From a virus, in IMG/VR virus record IMGVR_UViG_3300037851_000503, positions 2,767 to 66,766 of that record: a stretch of DNA of 64,000 bases; one strand, written 5' to 3'. Below, in pieces: positions 30,601 to 40,103 of the stretch; the stretch's first letter is position 1; every line of letters begins with the position of its first letter. The notes below the pieces were generated by a model, which searched no databases, was not told the DNA's origin, and saw nothing but the letters and a program-made list of their open reading frames with translations. The translations under genes were made by a program, and so were the position numbers.

Positions 30601-33600
30601 CCAGCAGTTATCCGAGGAGGAATACGCCAGGAGAGAACGAGAGGCACTAGAGAACATCAAACCAAGGGGGATGATGGCCCAATGGCCTGAAGAGATAAAA
30701 GTCGGTGATACCGTTAAGGTCAAGGGATATGCGAATCAGGCAGAGGTAATCAGAATCGACCCGGATGGACGGGCTAATGTTAAGTTCCCGGATGGAACTG
30801 AAGATAAGTTTAAAGTATCCGATTTATATCCTGTTACTTCTAAAGTACCTCAAGCTACTCCGTCTGTTACTACTCCTAGTGTACCTCAAAGTACCTCAGG
30901 AGTAACATCAAGTACCCCAGGAGTAACACCTCCTCTTAGTAATGTTAGTCAACCTAAACCTTATGTCCCTCCTAAGAAAGGAGTCGTTCCTTCTCTTCCA
31001 GGCAGGATGAGGATCAAGAAGACCCCAATGTGGGTTGATAGGATAGGTCCGGGAGACACGCCAGGAACAGTTAAGGTTCAGTTTGGGGATGGCACTACGT
31101 CTCAGTTTGACTTAGAGGATGTTAGGGATGCAAGTGGTAAGAAGATCAAAGATCCTCTAGTTTATATGTTGGTGGAAGATCCACCTTCTAATCCTACTCC
31201 TCCACCTCCAAAGCCTCCTTATCGGTCTTATCCTGCGGGAGGACCTTATCCTTCGTTGATGGTCGAAGGAGTTAATGTTGCATTCCAGCGACCGATCTCC
31301 AGAAGGTTCAGTGACCTGCTTGAGAATAACAACATTAACTATGACTTCTCTAAACCTCCAGCCCTTCAAGTCTATGAGGCATTGATCGAAGGAACTGTCA
31401 GGGATGAGGATGTGGAGAATGTTCTTAATGACGAAGGAGTAAGTTGGGAAGACTTTGCCGAGGATATCTATAGTACCTATTCCAGAGCGGGAGCTACCCT
31501 TCAAACTCTATCTGATATTGTTCAACGTCATTGGGTTAGATTGAAAAACGAGAACCTTGCCCTGTTTAACAAGCTCGTCTCTCCATCAAGACAGATCAAT
31601 ATGGTCCTAGAGGATCTCAATAAGACTGTCTTAGGGATGAGCCTTTGGCGCAGGTCAGGAAGACTTCTTCAGAAAGCTACCCTCACTCAGTATGCTACTG
31701 CTATGGTTAACTTCATGGGAGCTACAGGTAGAGTTCCTCTGGACGCAACAGCAGCAGGACTGGGACAGATGGTCCAGGGAATGGTAGAAGGGAAAGGAAA
31801 GTTTGCACAGAGAACAGCTAAAGCTAGAGATTCCGCTTATGAAACTTTCCTGGCAGGCTTCGAAGCTTGGAGAGCCCTTAATCCTACGCAACTTCAAGAC
31901 CTCTTTGCAGGTAGGTTAGGAAGTAACTACGAAGGATATGAGACTATTCTGGTTGAGATAAAGAAGTACTTCCCGGATATTTATCAGAGACTATTTTCCA
32001 TTCCAATGGAGGTGGATACTAAGGAGTTGAAGGATGCCGACAATCAGATCAAGGGAATGAACACGCTGCTCAATAAGATTGAAAGTAGAAGTACTAGGAA
32101 GGATCTTCAACAGCGGATAGCTAAGTTACGTAGCAAGGTTAATCAAGAGAACTCCGTCTTGATGAGGGTTGGAATGAGAGGTCCTGAGGCATTCTTCGAT
32201 TTCTTTCTCAAGCCCATGCAATTCGGGGAGTTCCTGATGCGTCGTCCTCAGTTCATCTCTCGGTTAAGACTAGAGCTTAAGGATAGAGGAATAGATATGA
32301 ACCAGATCTTGAGAAATACTCATCTCCCTCCTGATCAACTAGCTTCTCTTCCTCCAGATCAGAGGATGACCTTTGCGGGTATACCTGCGGATGCCCTTAA
32401 GGCAGCCCTTGATAGCGCTCTTGAATTTACGATGGCTCTCGATCCAAGTCGGGGACCTGACGCCAGATTAACCGAGATCGTAGGACAGAATGTAATCAAG
32501 ACGATAAACGCTCTAGGACCTCTATCGTTATTGACTGATTTAATGTTCCCACGAGCTATCTTCAGTGCGGCTAAAACTTTCTATGACTACTCTTCTCTTC
32601 CTTTCATGTTTGAGTGGGCACAGGAAGGATCATTTAGAAGAATATCTAATCAGATCTTTGGAAAAGGACTAGCTACTGATCCTAAGACTGGAGAGAAGTA
32701 CCTTAACTATCCTCCTTCGAGAGCAGACTATGAACGTCTGGGAAGAGCCTTTAGTGGTACGTTCCTTTATGCCGTTGCCTTCGCGCTACTGAAGTATGGG
32801 TTGATGGGAGATGAATGGTATGAACTTAAGACTGGCAGAAAGGATAGGGATGGTAAGCCGATTTACGATGATATTCGAAAGTTCGTTCCTTTCGCTAAGA
32901 TCTTTCAACTCGTTAGTTTGGTAGATAGGTTTGCCAACAACAGGATGAATGATATTCAGGCGGGCGCTGAGTTACTTGATATTGTTACAGGTATGAAGCG
33001 CTACGGGAATGATCAAGATCTAATCGATATGATCGATGCTGTCGCTGAATATTGGAGCGGCCCCGAGCGTAATCCGTTTACGATTGATAAAGTTAATCAG
33101 TTGGTAGGAAAGTATCCTGCGGCATTCCTCACTCCTTTCCTTAACCTGAGGAGCATCGTTGCTGCCTACGATGAAGATGAAAATGTTAGGAAGGATCTAA
33201 GAGGATATGGATTCTGGGGACCTTCAATGGACAAAATTCCATGGCTGAGGCGGCAACTTCCCGATCTTACCTATCCTACCTTTAAAGGTAAGATGGAACT
33301 ATCGCAAGATCCTCTCCTTCAACAGTTTGCGGGAGTCTCCTTAATAGAAGCCCCGATCTTCATGGGAAGGGAATTCAAGAGGATGGGAATAAATATTAGA
33401 GAATATCTTCCTAAGGATTCCGATCCGGCTATCGATAGACTTCAGAATAAGATATTCTCTTATCTGATGGAGTCCGAAGGAAAGCTGTTAGAGAAAGATC
33501 CTGAGTACAGGAATGCTTCTGATGCAATTAAGGCAGCTATGTGGGAGAATTTGATGATGGGTCCAGGAGGAATAGTCTCCTTAGCTAGACAAGGAGCGCT

Positions 33601-33718
33601 TGATGCTAATCCCATGGAAGCTGCTAGACGGCGACTAATGAAAGAAATGCCTGGAAGATTCATGAGACAGGCGACTGGACTTGCTGAGGAGCTTGAACAA
33701 ATGAGAAAGGTAAGGTAA
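27671..33718 (+). CDS. Giant multidomain virion protein (tape-measure or internal ejection protein candidate), 2015 aa
   Basis: Largest ORF, lies between tail genes and lysozyme. Contains tandem small beta-domain repeats (KVGDTVKVKGYANQAEVIRIDPDGRANVKF.../ VDRIGPGDTPGTVKVQFGDGTTSQFDLEDV) and proline-rich linkers. Confidence 0.45.
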   Translation: MDEMIWVNPDEVEVEVQPTTPSRPKKKTPPTIPTKPVGDSSLSLVPFVTPESLVKSAISASPPPKQPERIRERRKETEIIQDLASTGKISQEEKSRLVQPKRITGRPLQREEPDVTDIAIEVGRGLGRTIGTTATEIPRGVGATLDLLSGLAYPGQEFKTERYLGKLSDIGTKAVEEATPLDPQFDQSFLVRDIPSAFGSAVTFLAGGMVGKALKVPSLLSTAGLGGVINVAEVAKEADTMGIDPSRRKLAVAAALGSGITEAAGLGRALDKFGLKQPFTRRMIEIAEEGGQEALQQWLNNLNAIFVGGYDQDRDSLEGVLKGAILGGVVGGGFQGLSLAKETKDRLVSRRQEKETPTEEVGVPRPRAPQAIDQLILNESKTLEDNKARLKNATAAGLQPEVERLKGLVERSKKVITDYYSASEISDQLSNTYEFFPSQKEGQSPYLVIPNWMAAAISNPGQTMGSRGVTVNPQNIEEVKADIIKYAPSLEYGNSAIAALDEAMARANQQALSTVALVNRDGILIGLGKETPSHETLHVGQYTAALAGNKEITSLHSPDWATNNPYIRRMLDTAERTFVEPILVPEIRDEDLLAVELPAYIMSGHSTKFFDSTGEAIDFVMAYFENVLKTSGVDALNTIDKSTLLIPEREDIIPLVRSMYETWIREKIDDGTLKFEQGYRLLKSLTPRSNVARVAPSGPSQGPSSVTGQGTGGTVGNQEQAPVSRDLRDYNLDRFLEGSSVSFPVYHGTNANVDFDTFSKSGDLGFHFGTEEAANRRLENTAKSIDPTLYPLGEPRSELDATYGPDARVGSYYLSLKNPLKVPDIFLTLETAVKYLADNGYIKLTPELAQDVFSFSTFNRQDESRKKIQDEVYRQLEAKGYDGFEYVNDVEGTDKSTSYVVFRPNQIKSAIGNVGTFDSSEKSFMKAEHLSRYESEARRMAKENGLDWNQMASYDKATYIDEARKIYERGREEAPEFQQLSEEEYARREREALENIKPRGMMAQWPEEIKVGDTVKVKGYANQAEVIRIDPDGRANVKFPDGTEDKFKVSDLYPVTSKVPQATPSVTTPSVPQSTSGVTSSTPGVTPPLSNVSQPKPYVPPKKGVVPSLPGRMRIKKTPMWVDRIGPGDTPGTVKVQFGDGTTSQFDLEDVRDASGKKIKDPLVYMLVEDPPSNPTPPPPKPPYRSYPAGGPYPSLMVEGVNVAFQRPISRRFSDLLENNNINYDFSKPPALQVYEALIEGTVRDEDVENVLNDEGVSWEDFAEDIYSTYSRAGATLQTLSDIVQRHWVRLKNENLALFNKLVSPSRQINMVLEDLNKTVLGMSLWRRSGRLLQKATLTQYATAMVNFMGATGRVPLDATAAGLGQMVQGMVEGKGKFAQRTAKARDSAYETFLAGFEAWRALNPTQLQDLFAGRLGSNYEGYETILVEIKKYFPDIYQRLFSIPMEVDTKELKDADNQIKGMNTLLNKIESRSTRKDLQQRIAKLRSKVNQENSVLMRVGMRGPEAFFDFFLKPMQFGEFLMRRPQFISRLRLELKDRGIDMNQILRNTHLPPDQLASLPPDQRMTFAGIPADALKAALDSALEFTMALDPSRGPDARLTEIVGQNVIKTINALGPLSLLTDLMFPRAIFSAAKTFYDYSSLPFMFEWAQEGSFRRISNQIFGKGLATDPKTGEKYLNYPPSRADYERLGRAFSGTFLYAVAFALLKYGLMGDEWYELKTGRKDRDGKPIYDDIRKFVPFAKIFQLVSLVDRFANNRMNDIQAGAELLDIVTGMKRYGNDQDLIDMIDAVAEYWSGPERNPFTIDKVNQLVGKYPAAFLTPFLNLRSIVAAYDEDENVRKDLRGYGFWGPSMDKIPWLRRQLPDLTYPTFKGKMELSQDPLLQQFAGVSLIEAPIFMGREFKRMGINIREYLPKDSDPAIDRLQNKIFSYLMESEGKLLEKDPEYRNASDAIKAAMWENLMMGPGGIVSLARQGALDANPMEAARRRLMKEMPGRFMRQATGLAEELEQMRKVR

Positions 33719-33720
33719 GG

Positions 33721-34185
33721 ATGGATAGAAAAGTTAGTGATGAAGGACTGGAGTTTATCAAGGATAAAGAAGGGGTAGCTTTAGAAGTTTATTTAGACCC
33801 GGTGGGAATTCCTACCGTAGGAGTAGGACATGTTCTTACCAGAGAGGAGAGAAAAATATGGAAAGTAGGAATGAAGGCGGATCAGGAACAGGTGGTTGAC
33901 TGGCTTAGGGAAGATGTAAGGAAGGCTGAGGACGGGGTAAACAGTTGGGTAACTGTTGCTCTTAGTCAGGAAGGATTCGACGCGCTTGTAAGTTTTGTCT
34001 TCAATGTCGGAGTGGACGCCTTCAAGAGATCCACTCTACTGAAGAGAATAAACCAGGGAAGGATTCTAGATGCCGCCGCTGAGTTTGAACGATGGGTCTT
34101 CTCAAAGAATAGAAAACTCCCTGGTTTAGTCACTAGACGAAGTGAGGAAAAGAACTTGTTTCTTAAGGGAGAGATGGCTGACTAA
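33721..34185 (+). CDS. Endolysin, GH24 (T4-lysozyme-like) muramidase
   Basis: FIKDKEGVALEVYLDPVGIPTVGVGH matches the catalytic E...D...T segment of phage lysozymes; 154 aa. Confidence 0.85.
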   Translation: MDRKVSDEGLEFIKDKEGVALEVYLDPVGIPTVGVGHVLTREERKIWKVGMKADQEQVVDWLREDVRKAEDGVNSWVTVALSQEGFDALVSFVFNVGVDAFKRSTLLKRINQGRILDAAAEFERWVFSKNRKLPGLVTRRSEEKNLFLKGEMAD

Positions 34186-34622
34186 TCAGCCGATTTCGCT
34201 CTATCCCTAAGGTACTCGATGGCGATCTGGAGATCCCGCCTGGTCAGGGGCGTCAGGGACATAAATATATGTGCCGCCTGAAGTAGTGGCTCTCCCTCGA
34301 ATAGATTACGTGCTGACCCTACCAGGACAGTAACATCCTGTTCGACTTTGGAGTTGTTCAGGGCTTCCATCCCTGAAGTCTCCTTAATCTCCCTATCCAA
34401 TTGGGCTCGCCGAGCTTCAATTTCCGCAGTTGAAGGACGCCCCGGACCCCGGCTCGCAGTTAGAGCATCTTTAGGAAGCTTCTCAATAGAAGCCTGTCCA
34501 TTTCTTAGGGACAAGACATAACCATGTTTACGAAGATGGTTTCTATATCCTCGCAAGTCATAGTTTCCCTTGCAGACAGGGCAGACCATGGTTACTTTCT
34601 TATTCTTATATGTTCTATTCAT
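34182..34622 (-). CDS. Zinc-finger protein (CPVC...H..H)
   Basis: MVCPVCKGNYDLRGYRNHLRKHGY; motif cluster upstream on the sense strand. Confidence 0.4.
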   Translation of the reverse strand: MNRTYKNKKVTMVCPVCKGNYDLRGYRNHLRKHGYVLSLRNGQASIEKLPKDALTASRGPGRPSTAEIEARRAQLDREIKETSGMEALNNSKVEQDVTVLVGSARNLFEGEPLLQAAHIFMSLTPLTRRDLQIAIEYLRDRAKSAD

Positions 34623-34700
34623 ATGTTACTCCTTGTTATATTTTGTTACTCGAAAATAACATAAGATTACTTCGATGTTAGTCTTATGTTACTTGGTTAA
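34622..34700 (-). promoter_or_regulatory. Motif cluster (sense AGTAACAT on minus strand)
   Basis: atATGTTACTccttgttatattttGTTACTcgaaaataacataagattacttcgatgttagtcttATGTTACTtgg. Confidence 0.4.
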
Positions 34701-34942
34701 AAGATGGTCTGTTAATGTTCTGTGAGTGTTAGCCAGTCTAGCCTCCACACTAAGAAGTCTCTCCCTAAGAACCTCAAACTCTTTCCTAAGTCTGCTACAC
34801 TCAGGGCAAGATTCCCTCTCATGAAGAAGCTTAGCATCGATTCTATCCAATCAATCGGATATGTTATCGATAATGGCTCCCCTTATTTCCTCACTCTTAG
34901 TTGCCTCTACTATTTTCTCACTTACCCAGTCAGTCCATTCAC

Positions 34943-37861
34943 TTATAGCTGCACCTCCTTCATAGATCCCATGTCATGGCCAATTGAAGCATCAACTCCA
35001 CAAATAAAACCTCCAGGACAGAGAGTAGGATTAGCCAACTCCATCACAGGAAGCTGAAGAATCCTGCTAACATTCTCTAGGCACTCGTCGGCAAGCTCAA
35101 TCGGAGGATGGAAGACCATTGCATCGTGAGGAAATAGAACCAACTCATACCTATTAGTATAGTCCAGGTCGGCTAGATCTCTCAGCATCTTTCTAAACAT
35201 TCCATGAGCATGATTGGCGGGAAGGAAGGCTAACGCCTTTTCCGCATCCTCACCTCTTGCCCTATACCACTCCCCCCTTTTGTTCTTTCTTCTGGCCCAT
35301 ACATGCCAGAACCATCGCCGCGCTCCCCAGACAGATTGAAGATATGGAGTCTTTCCCCTACCTATATCCAGAGACTCTAAAAGATTCTCCTGCCATGCGA
35401 ATGTCTTGGGATAGATTCTCTTAAGAAGGAAGAGAAGTTGTTCCGCCTGAGCCTCAGACTCAAAGTACTCCTCGTTCTCAAAGTACAACCGGCGAGCGCT
35501 TTGGCCGAAGTTAGTACCGTGGTTAAGAGGCTTAGCCTGCTCATCTCTTACCTTTTTGTACTTGCTCTTTATCTCCAAGAGATATTGCTTAAGATCGTAA
35601 TCGCTCATCTCAAGCGCTTTCTCGATCCCAGGATACTTTACCAACCATCCCGCGACATAACTATGGGGATCTAACTTTGCCGTCCGCCACTTCCTGTCGT
35701 CATTCGCCAGGGAAGCAGTCGTTAGATCATGGAAGGCTTTATAATCGAACTCGATCAGGAGATGCCCAGGCTCAGCGGCCACACATCTCCTAAATCCTTG
35801 AGCCAGATCTCCTCTCCGCTTGGGAAGCGCGAAGACGTTAGCTCCTCCTTTAGAAGAGTATTGCCATGTGGAATTAGTCTTAGCTACTACTCTCAATCTC
35901 CCGTCTATGCCGGGAACCCATCCTCCTTTAGCTGTCCCATCCTCCTTAATCTTCCCTGTATAGGAGTCTCTCATTTTCTCTATCGCCCGGATATCCCTGG
36001 ACAAGGCAATAATAGGATCTCCCGTCTCGGCTTGAAGCCTCTTCATTAACTTGTCGCCGGTCGTTTCCTTCCCTTCCTTAAAGGTCTTAGGAACCTCATA
36101 ATCCCGATACTTAATGTACCTTATCATCTGATCGGACGATCTAGGATTAAAGGGGATATGGCGATATAACCTGCTACCGTCTTCTGTTACTCTTAAATCT
36201 GGAAAGGTACTCAAGACTAACTCAAGAGTACCTTCCAGAGTACCATCGAGTAACATACGATAGATGTCAGTTACTTTGATTAGGTTCTTCTTAGTGCCCG
36301 TACCACGTTTATTAGGTACAGGATCAAATAGGTCAGGATGTCTAGCATAGACGAACTCTTTTATTTCTTCGGGAAGATTCGAGAATCCATCCTTGGTTGG
36401 TCCTCGTTGGTTGAGTTCGGGAGGAATGAGCGTGGAGATCTCGCTGAATTTTCCCTCCACACTGGAAGTTAATTCCTCCCGAAACTTATCCAGTCTTTCC
36501 TTATTGACTGGAACTCCTCTCTTTTCCCAGGGAACTTCGACCTTCTCCCTTACTTCCCTAATATATCTTTCGTATCCATCCCACATCCCTAGTCTATCTA
36601 GGTCAAGAGGAAGCTTTGCGCAAATGCGCACTAGAGCGCAGACATCTGCTACCCCATAAAGGACATCGTTCGTCCCCGCCAAATGTTTCCATGGCCACGT
36701 CCAGCCATAGTCTCCAGCTAGTTGCTGAAGATTTCCCAACAGATCTGATTGTAAGGCTCGCCGCATGGAGAGGGAGTCATAGATTGTGCCTCGTACTATT
36801 GCCCCCTCCCTCTCCAAGTGCGGGAGATCGAAGTGATCTCCATTGTGGAAGACCTTAGGATTCGGCAGCGCTAAAATCTTAAACGCTAGTTCTCTGATCT
36901 TGGGGTCTTTCCATTCTCCATAGACTCCCCAGGTATCGGAGATGGCGAATTGGATAGAAAGTATGGAAGATTGTCCAGGTATGGCATCAATAGGGTCATG
37001 TCCGCCCTTGTCACAGGCTTGCTCAACGTCTGCGGATTCTCCGTCGCCTCCTTCATCCATTCCTCCCAGGTCACCGTCTCTTCCAAGTTCGATAAGCTCA
37101 TCCTCAATTCCTTCCTTTGAATAAGGTGTCTCAATGTCCGAGGCAATCCAAACCTCAGGATCTTCGCTAGCCTCTTTATATAGACGCTCTAGGGCAGCGA
37201 CTCCTTCCAACGCTTCTATCTCGGTCGAAGGGTCGATAACATATGTTAGGCGTCCCGCAGCGGCAGATCTAGCTGCATTGAGATCTTTGATGAGGAGTCC
37301 AAGGTACTTGGTGTTTCCTCTGATGATGAACGCTGGGTGGAAGCTTGGAATTGTGACGATCCCATTTGGGCCAGGAAGTGGATAACCTCGTATGTAAGTA
37401 ATGGAGCGCTTGCCTCCATGGAATCCAGTAAGCTCTCTAATAGAGATCGAGCCGAGAGAAAGAATTGCTCTTGGCTTAAGTTCTTCGATAGCTCGATTGA
37501 GATATTGACGACAATGGTCGATTGCTTCTCTTTCATATTCGGCTCCAGCTAGTACATTATTTGGAGGACGACACCTTAAGATGTTAGTAATCCAGAAGTC
37601 GTCTCTCTTCATCCCTCCAAGATCTATGGCTTTCTGGAGAATAGACCCGGCCTGAGCGTGAGGACGGAACGGAAGCGCTTCCAAGTCTTCTTCCTTCCCA
37701 CTAGCTTCTCCTATGATCATTACCCCAGAATAACCGTTACCCTCGATACGGGTAAACTTGGTTCCACTTGTACATCCTCTCTCATGAAGAGGGCAACCTT
37801 TACATTCAGGTTTGAGAAAATTAACTCCCATCCAACTCCTCCCTATAGGAGAATTCTCCAT
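34943..37861 (-). CDS. Family-A DNA polymerase with N-terminal family-4 uracil-DNA-glycosylase-like domain and 3'-5' exonuclease domain
   Basis: UDG4-like: Cys cluster CKGCPLHERGC, IIGEASGKEED...PFRPHAQAGSIL, HPAFIIR. Exonuclease: SDIETPY, HNGDHFDLPHL, YGVADV. PolA motif A LIEFDYKAFH, motif B KPLNHGTNFGQSARRL, motif C LFPHDAMVFH. Confidence 0.75.
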   Translation of the reverse strand: MENSPIGRSWMGVNFLKPECKGCPLHERGCTSGTKFTRIEGNGYSGVMIIGEASGKEEDLEALPFRPHAQAGSILQKAIDLGGMKRDDFWITNILRCRPPNNVLAGAEYEREAIDHCRQYLNRAIEELKPRAILSLGSISIRELTGFHGGKRSITYIRGYPLPGPNGIVTIPSFHPAFIIRGNTKYLGLLIKDLNAARSAAAGRLTYVIDPSTEIEALEGVAALERLYKEASEDPEVWIASDIETPYSKEGIEDELIELGRDGDLGGMDEGGDGESADVEQACDKGGHDPIDAIPGQSSILSIQFAISDTWGVYGEWKDPKIRELAFKILALPNPKVFHNGDHFDLPHLEREGAIVRGTIYDSLSMRRALQSDLLGNLQQLAGDYGWTWPWKHLAGTNDVLYGVADVCALVRICAKLPLDLDRLGMWDGYERYIREVREKVEVPWEKRGVPVNKERLDKFREELTSSVEGKFSEISTLIPPELNQRGPTKDGFSNLPEEIKEFVYARHPDLFDPVPNKRGTGTKKNLIKVTDIYRMLLDGTLEGTLELVLSTFPDLRVTEDGSRLYRHIPFNPRSSDQMIRYIKYRDYEVPKTFKEGKETTGDKLMKRLQAETGDPIIALSRDIRAIEKMRDSYTGKIKEDGTAKGGWVPGIDGRLRVVAKTNSTWQYSSKGGANVFALPKRRGDLAQGFRRCVAAEPGHLLIEFDYKAFHDLTTASLANDDRKWRTAKLDPHSYVAGWLVKYPGIEKALEMSDYDLKQYLLEIKSKYKKVRDEQAKPLNHGTNFGQSARRLYFENEEYFESEAQAEQLLFLLKRIYPKTFAWQENLLESLDIGRGKTPYLQSVWGARRWFWHVWARRKNKRGEWYRARGEDAEKALAFLPANHAHGMFRKMLRDLADLDYTNRYELVLFPHDAMVFHPPIELADECLENVSRILQLPVMELANPTLCPGGFICGVDASIGHDMGSMKEVQL

Positions 37862-37883
37862 ATAACTTTAGGGCTTTCTTAAA

Positions 37884-38312
37884 CTAACTATGATCAAAGT
37901 ACTCTACTTTTGCTTTCTTAATACCTCTATAGATTGTTACTTGCGCATGATCCCCAAAGCATGTTAGCAGAGCCTCTTCACAAGAGTTGAAATCTTTTTC
38001 TAAGGCGTCAAGTCTTTTCTCTTCCACAGATCCGTAGTCGAAATCTCCTGCGTACTTCCACTCATCCTCGTCCTCGAACTCGCCCTCGACATCTCCTATT
38101 TTGACATAAGGTTCGTTGACTCCGAATTTGCAAGGATCTCCGTCATTAAAGTAGGGAGTGTACTGAGTCCACCTTACCGCTACTACTTCCGGCCATTCAT
38201 TGAATAGCTCCTGCACTGACTCCTTAATTACTAACTTAGCTGTGTCAACTAGTTCCTTTTTTAGTTCTTCCATTCTCGCCTTGATCTCAGTTAACTTTGT
38301 CTTTGCTTCCAC
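37884..38312 (-). CDS. Hypothetical acidic protein
   Basis: 142-aa ORF. Confidence 0.35.
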   Translation of the reverse strand: MEAKTKLTEIKARMEELKKELVDTAKLVIKESVQELFNEWPEVVAVRWTQYTPYFNDGDPCKFGVNEPYVKIGDVEGEFEDEDEWKYAGDFDYGSVEEKRLDALEKDFNSCEEALLTCFGDHAQVTIYRGIKKAKVEYFDHS

Positions 38313-38320
38313 ATATCCTC

Positions 38321-38671
38321 CTAGTCTACAAGGGACACGTTAGTTACTCTTCTCACAGGTCCGCCCATCCACTCCTGCAACTCCATAGCACTTAGCCATT
38401 TGTCCAGACTTGGGATAGTACCTAAGTCCTCCAGCACATGTCTCTCAGCTATATCCCTTACACTAACTTCCACTTTGTCCGAATTAAGAATAGTGTTACC
38501 AAAGATATCCGCCATTAGATATATCCCAAAAGCTGAATGGAACATCACCCTATGTTTCACGGTCGCATGCGCCATCTTGGAACAGTCCATCTTTTCATGG
38601 ATAGCTAAGTAGTCCTCAACTCCCCCTCCCCACTCTCTTACACTAGACCTTGCATGTCTAAAAGGTTTCAT
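38321..38671 (-). CDS. Hypothetical protein
   Basis: 116-aa ORF, motif cluster upstream. Confidence 0.35.
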   Translation of the reverse strand: MKPFRHARSSVREWGGGVEDYLAIHEKMDCSKMAHATVKHRVMFHSAFGIYLMADIFGNTILNSDKVEVSVRDIAERHVLEDLGTIPSLDKWLSAMELQEWMGGPVRRVTNVSLVD

Positions 38672-38674
38672 ACC

Positions 38675-38745
38675 TTAACCTCTTAAGAATGTTACTCCCA
38701 AAGTAACATAGAGTACCTTGGGAGTAACATAGAGTAACTATTCAC
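38675..38745 (-). promoter_or_regulatory. Motif cluster
   Basis: gaATGTTACTcccaaAGTAACATagagtaccttgggAGTAACATagAGTAACTatt. Confidence 0.4.
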
Positions 38746-39487
38746 TAACCAGCAACGCCGGATCTTCCAGCGAGGAAACCTCGGCCATAGCCGACCTTTC
38801 CTCACCTGTTACCGGGTCCAGGAAGAGATGAGCCTGAGCCTCATCGACTCCTTGAAGGGCAGCCTGCGCCTTGATTCTCTTCTCACCCTTCAACTCATCA
38901 TAGATCTTCTCGGTCGTTCCAGGCTTCAAGACATAGGTGAAGATTCCAGTGGGACTTCCATCAGGATTCTTCATCTCCTCAGCCCGAGGAACGCTCTTGA
39001 TCCATCGGGTCTTGACTAAAAGCCTAACCCCGGCGTCTCCCTTCTCCTCAAACAACTCGTTGACTGTTTTCACAATCGTGTCAAAACTGCTGCCAGCTTT
39101 GATCGGCTTCCCTCCAAGCTTGCAGAGGGCAGTCAACAGAGATCCGGTCTGACCTGCGAAGACCTGGGTTGTCGGATACCACGTTCTGAGAAAGCCCATC
39201 TCCTGTTCGGCTTCCTCATCATAGATACGGCAGTCGATAGCCGCCACTACTTTACCATCGAGGATCTTACCGTCAGGAGTTCTCTTTCCCTTAACGTAGA
39301 CCGAAGGCTTTCCTTCTCGATTCGCCAGCCTAGCGTTTACCCAATGGTAACCGTCAGGCGGCGGGGCCATCCGATGTTGTTTTGGAATAGCCTCAGTATC
39401 CACCTCGGGAGCTACCTTGCCTAAGGCGGGATCATTGATGTCGAACTCTTCAAATTTCAACTCTTCTGATTCCAACTCTTCTGACAT
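38738..39487 (-). CDS. Hypothetical protein with acidic termini (possible ssDNA-binding protein)
   Basis: 249 aa, acidic N- and C-termini, position between polymerase and helicase-like ATPase; no firm motif. Confidence 0.25.
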   Translation of the reverse strand: MSEELESEELKFEEFDINDPALGKVAPEVDTEAIPKQHRMAPPPDGYHWVNARLANREGKPSVYVKGKRTPDGKILDGKVVAAIDCRIYDEEAEQEMGFLRTWYPTTQVFAGQTGSLLTALCKLGGKPIKAGSSFDTIVKTVNELFEEKGDAGVRLLVKTRWIKSVPRAEEMKNPDGSPTGIFTYVLKPGTTEKIYDELKGEKRIKAQAALQGVDEAQAHLFLDPVTGEERSAMAEVSSLEDPALLVSE

Positions 39488-39491
39488 CTTA

Positions 39492-39773
39492 CTACCTCTT
39501 CTTACTGACTGTTACTTTTCCCCTTCCATCCTCCTTGTCCCTTAGAGCCTTGAAGACCTTTGTTCCGGTTTCAGTTCTCTTATAGGTTACGGACTTGGAA
39601 GTTGCTACACTTCTACTAATGAGGCCCTTTGCCTCAAGTCCGTTGGCCCTCCTCTGAAGCTTCCATTCAGTCGGAAACTTCAGACGAATGACCTTCTTGG
39701 AGAGCAGATCGAACTGATCTCCAGTTAAGTCGTACCTAACGCCGTCTTGCGTTAGTTGATACCTTCTTCTCAC
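39492..39773 (-). CDS. Hypothetical basic protein
   Basis: 93-aa ORF. Confidence 0.3.
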   Translation of the reverse strand: MRRRYQLTQDGVRYDLTGDQFDLLSKKVIRLKFPTEWKLQRRANGLEAKGLISRSVATSKSVTYKRTETGTKVFKALRDKEDGRGKVTVSKKR

Positions 39774-39927
39774 TACTTGACTCCTTACTGCTTACTGAAA
39801 TGAGCGCGCCACAGACCGTGCATCTAACCTTAGTAGGGTCACGATGCTTAGTCAGATTGGCTACTCTATTACCCTTACCATGAAGGGCATCCTGAGGCGG
39901 GTAACTACAGATACATTTGACAATCAT
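39736..39927 (-). CDS. Small zinc-ribbon protein
   Basis: CICSYP...CTVCG. Confidence 0.25.
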   Translation of the reverse strand: MIVKCICSYPPQDALHGKGNRVANLTKHRDPTKVRCTVCGALISVSSKESSSEKKVSTNARRR

Positions 39928-40103
39928 GGATTTCTCCCAACTATGCTACTACGTTCCACTTTCTGCTACACTTACGGCAGGTAAAGTCGGCAATCTTAAG
40001 TCCATTTGCGGAGATGCCCCAAACGTCCGTACATTCCCAATGGTTTACATGGACCAGATGACACCAAATATTCTTTGCTAAGTGAGCCAGTGTATGCCAC
40101 ATC

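Noticed and set aside
34722-35057. 111-aa plus-strand ORF
   Set aside because: Overlaps the 3' end of the polymerase gene and the AGTAACAT promoter-like cluster; no RBS.
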